This document shows positions 62,366 through 64,000 of a stretch of 64,000 nt of DNA, piece by piece. Positions within the stretch are counted from its first letter, which is position 1. Every line of letters begins with the position of its first letter. A model generated the notes under the pieces. The model worked only from the letters and a program-made list of their open reading frames with translations. It was not told where the DNA came from and did not search any database. Position numbers and translations under genes: made by a program. The DNA is from Macrostomum hystrix (Eukaryota > Animalia > Platyhelminthes), in NCBI GenBank assembly GCA_950097015.1, contig CATNEN010000039.1:4092001-4156000 (forward strand), written 5' to 3'.

Positions 62366-62638
62366 CTAGCTGAAGCCGACACTGCGTCGTAAGTTAGAAA
62401 GGCCCAAGCTGCTCACAGACCGCCTGCTGGTGCGCGCATACTTCTGGTGCTCCAAGTGCTGCTGCTGCTGCTGCTGCTGTTCAGACTGTTGCTGATGGCA
62501 GGTGATAGCAGGTGGCTGATCATCTGTTGACGCGGCTGGCGTTGAGTAGACCGAATAGCAGCGGCCAGTAGCCGCAAGGCTGCGGCTGAACAACGAAAGC
62601 GCATGCTTAGTGGACGACGATGCAGCTGGTGACGTCAT
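62366..62638 (-). CDS. Probable terminal exon of an unidentified gene continuing past the window end
   Basis: GC-rich S/Q-rich ORF followed by AT-rich UTR-like sequence. Upstream minus-strand donor GAG|GTATGG at 63946/63945. Confidence 0.4.
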   Translation of the reverse strand: MTSPAASSSTKHALSLFSRSLAATGRCYSVYSTPAASTDDQPPAITCHQQQSEQQQQQQQHLEHQKYARTSRRSVSSLGLSNLRRSVGFS

Positions 62639-62714
62639 TAACTTTAGATTATAGCACCTAGGAAATGTTGAAATGTGGTTTCATGAAAAATGTGTCGATA
62701 GAGGGACTTGTGTT

Positions 62715-63550
62715 CATAGGGAGACAGGTGTTGATAGGGAGACAGGTGTTGATAGGGAGACAGGTGTTGATAGGGACACAGGTGTTAATAGAGAGACAGG
62801 TGCTGATATGGAGACAGGTGTTGATGTGGAGACAGGTGTTGATGTGGAGACAGGTGTTGATAGTGAGGCAGGTTGATAGGGAGACAGGTGTTGATAGTGA
62901 GGCAGGTTGATAGGGAGACAGGTGTTGATAGTGAGACAGGTGTTAATAGTGAGACAGGTGTTGGTAGTGAGACATGTGCTGATAGGGAGACAGGTGTTGA
63001 TAGTGAGACAGGTGTTGATAGTGAGACATGTGCTGATAGTGAGACAGGTGCTGATAGTGAGACAGGTGCTGATAGTGAGACATGTGCTGATAGTGAGACA
63101 GGTTGATAGGGAGACAGGTGTTGATAGTGAGACAGGTGTTGATAGTGAGACAGGTGTTAATAGTGAGACAGGTGTTGATAGTGAGACATGTGCTGATAGG
63201 GAGACAGGTGTTGATAGTGAGACAGGTGTTGATAGTGAGACATGTGCTGATAGTGAGACAGGTTGATAGGGAGACAGGTGTTGATAGTGAGACAGGTGTT
63301 GAGAGGGAGACAGGTGCTGATAGTGAGACAGGTTGATAGTGAGACAGGTGTTGATAGTGAGACAGGTTGATAGGGAGACAGGTTGATGGTGAGACAGGTG
63401 TTGATAGTGAGACAGGTTGATAGGGAGACAGGTGTTGATAGGGAGACAGGTGTTGATAGGGAGACAGGTGTTGATAGGGAGACAGGTGTTGATAGGGAGA
63501 CAGGTGTTGATAGGGAGACATGTGTTGATAGGGAGACAGGTGTTGATAGA
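62715..63550. repeat. 18-bp minisatellite (GATAGTGAGACAGGTGTT), probably intronic
   Basis: Period 18, with 16-bp variants. Confidence 0.96.
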
Positions 63551-64000
63551 GACTTGTTGTTTCCTATAACAAAGCCCACATTCCATGGTTGCCCTTTTAC
63601 AGTGAAACGCTAGTTTTGATTTTCATCACGTGACCTGCACCGTGCTGGCGATGAATTCGCTCTACTAAACTGCAAATTTTTTTTCGCTCGCAGTTGCGTC
63701 CAGTTTCATAGAAGCATTTTTCCAGCGAAGTGTGCCGCTCACTTTCATGAGAATATGAAAACTATTGCGGTTGGAAACGAAGCGTGGGAGCCGATGTAAA
63801 AAAAGAGATTGAACCATAAAAAAATCTGAAAAATCTGGCGGCAGGAGAGACGGAGGCACAGAAACAAGCGGAAACCTAAGCCAACTCACTGTGCTGAATG
63901 GCAGACAGTTGCCAGGGAGAGTTCGCGCTTATCCTCTGCCCATACCTCTTCGCCAGGCTGCGCTGGCGGCGGCGGCGTCGGTGGCACGTGGGACTGGAAT

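Overview
Eukaryotic (animal) genomic DNA. GC-rich exons, AT-rich spacers and very dense minisatellites are compatible with a free-living flatworm such as Macrostomum; the organism call is an inference. I reconstructed five spliced genes by hand from GT-AG junctions and reading phase. They are a RING/B-box/coiled-coil TRIM-like gene (+, 2052-4745), a cationic amino-acid transporter of the SLC7/CAT family (-, 12392-5775), a gp130/Domeless-like class I cytokine-receptor-type protein (-, ~19762-14762), a KIAA0319/AAVR-like PKD receptor (-, 36580-24007) and a spectrin-repeat plus Ig Zormin/Sallimus-like gene (+, 43011-60616). The 3' end of a sixth gene lies at the right edge. The large KIAA0319-like intron holds a nested intronless secreted PAN/LamG-like gene, which is split by a defective Ty3/Gypsy element with a 5-bp TSD and a 5' LTR reduced to 9 nt. 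Three tRNA-derived SINE families (one a CORE-SINE), a dispersed non-autonomous element and several palindromes are present. The most striking pattern is about 25 unrelated, strand-asymmetric minisatellites. Most of them sit one per intron and are anchored within tens of nt of a splice site, and one is built from the exon/intron junction itself. Most ORFs in the supplied track are translation artefacts of these repeats or antisense shadows of real exons.
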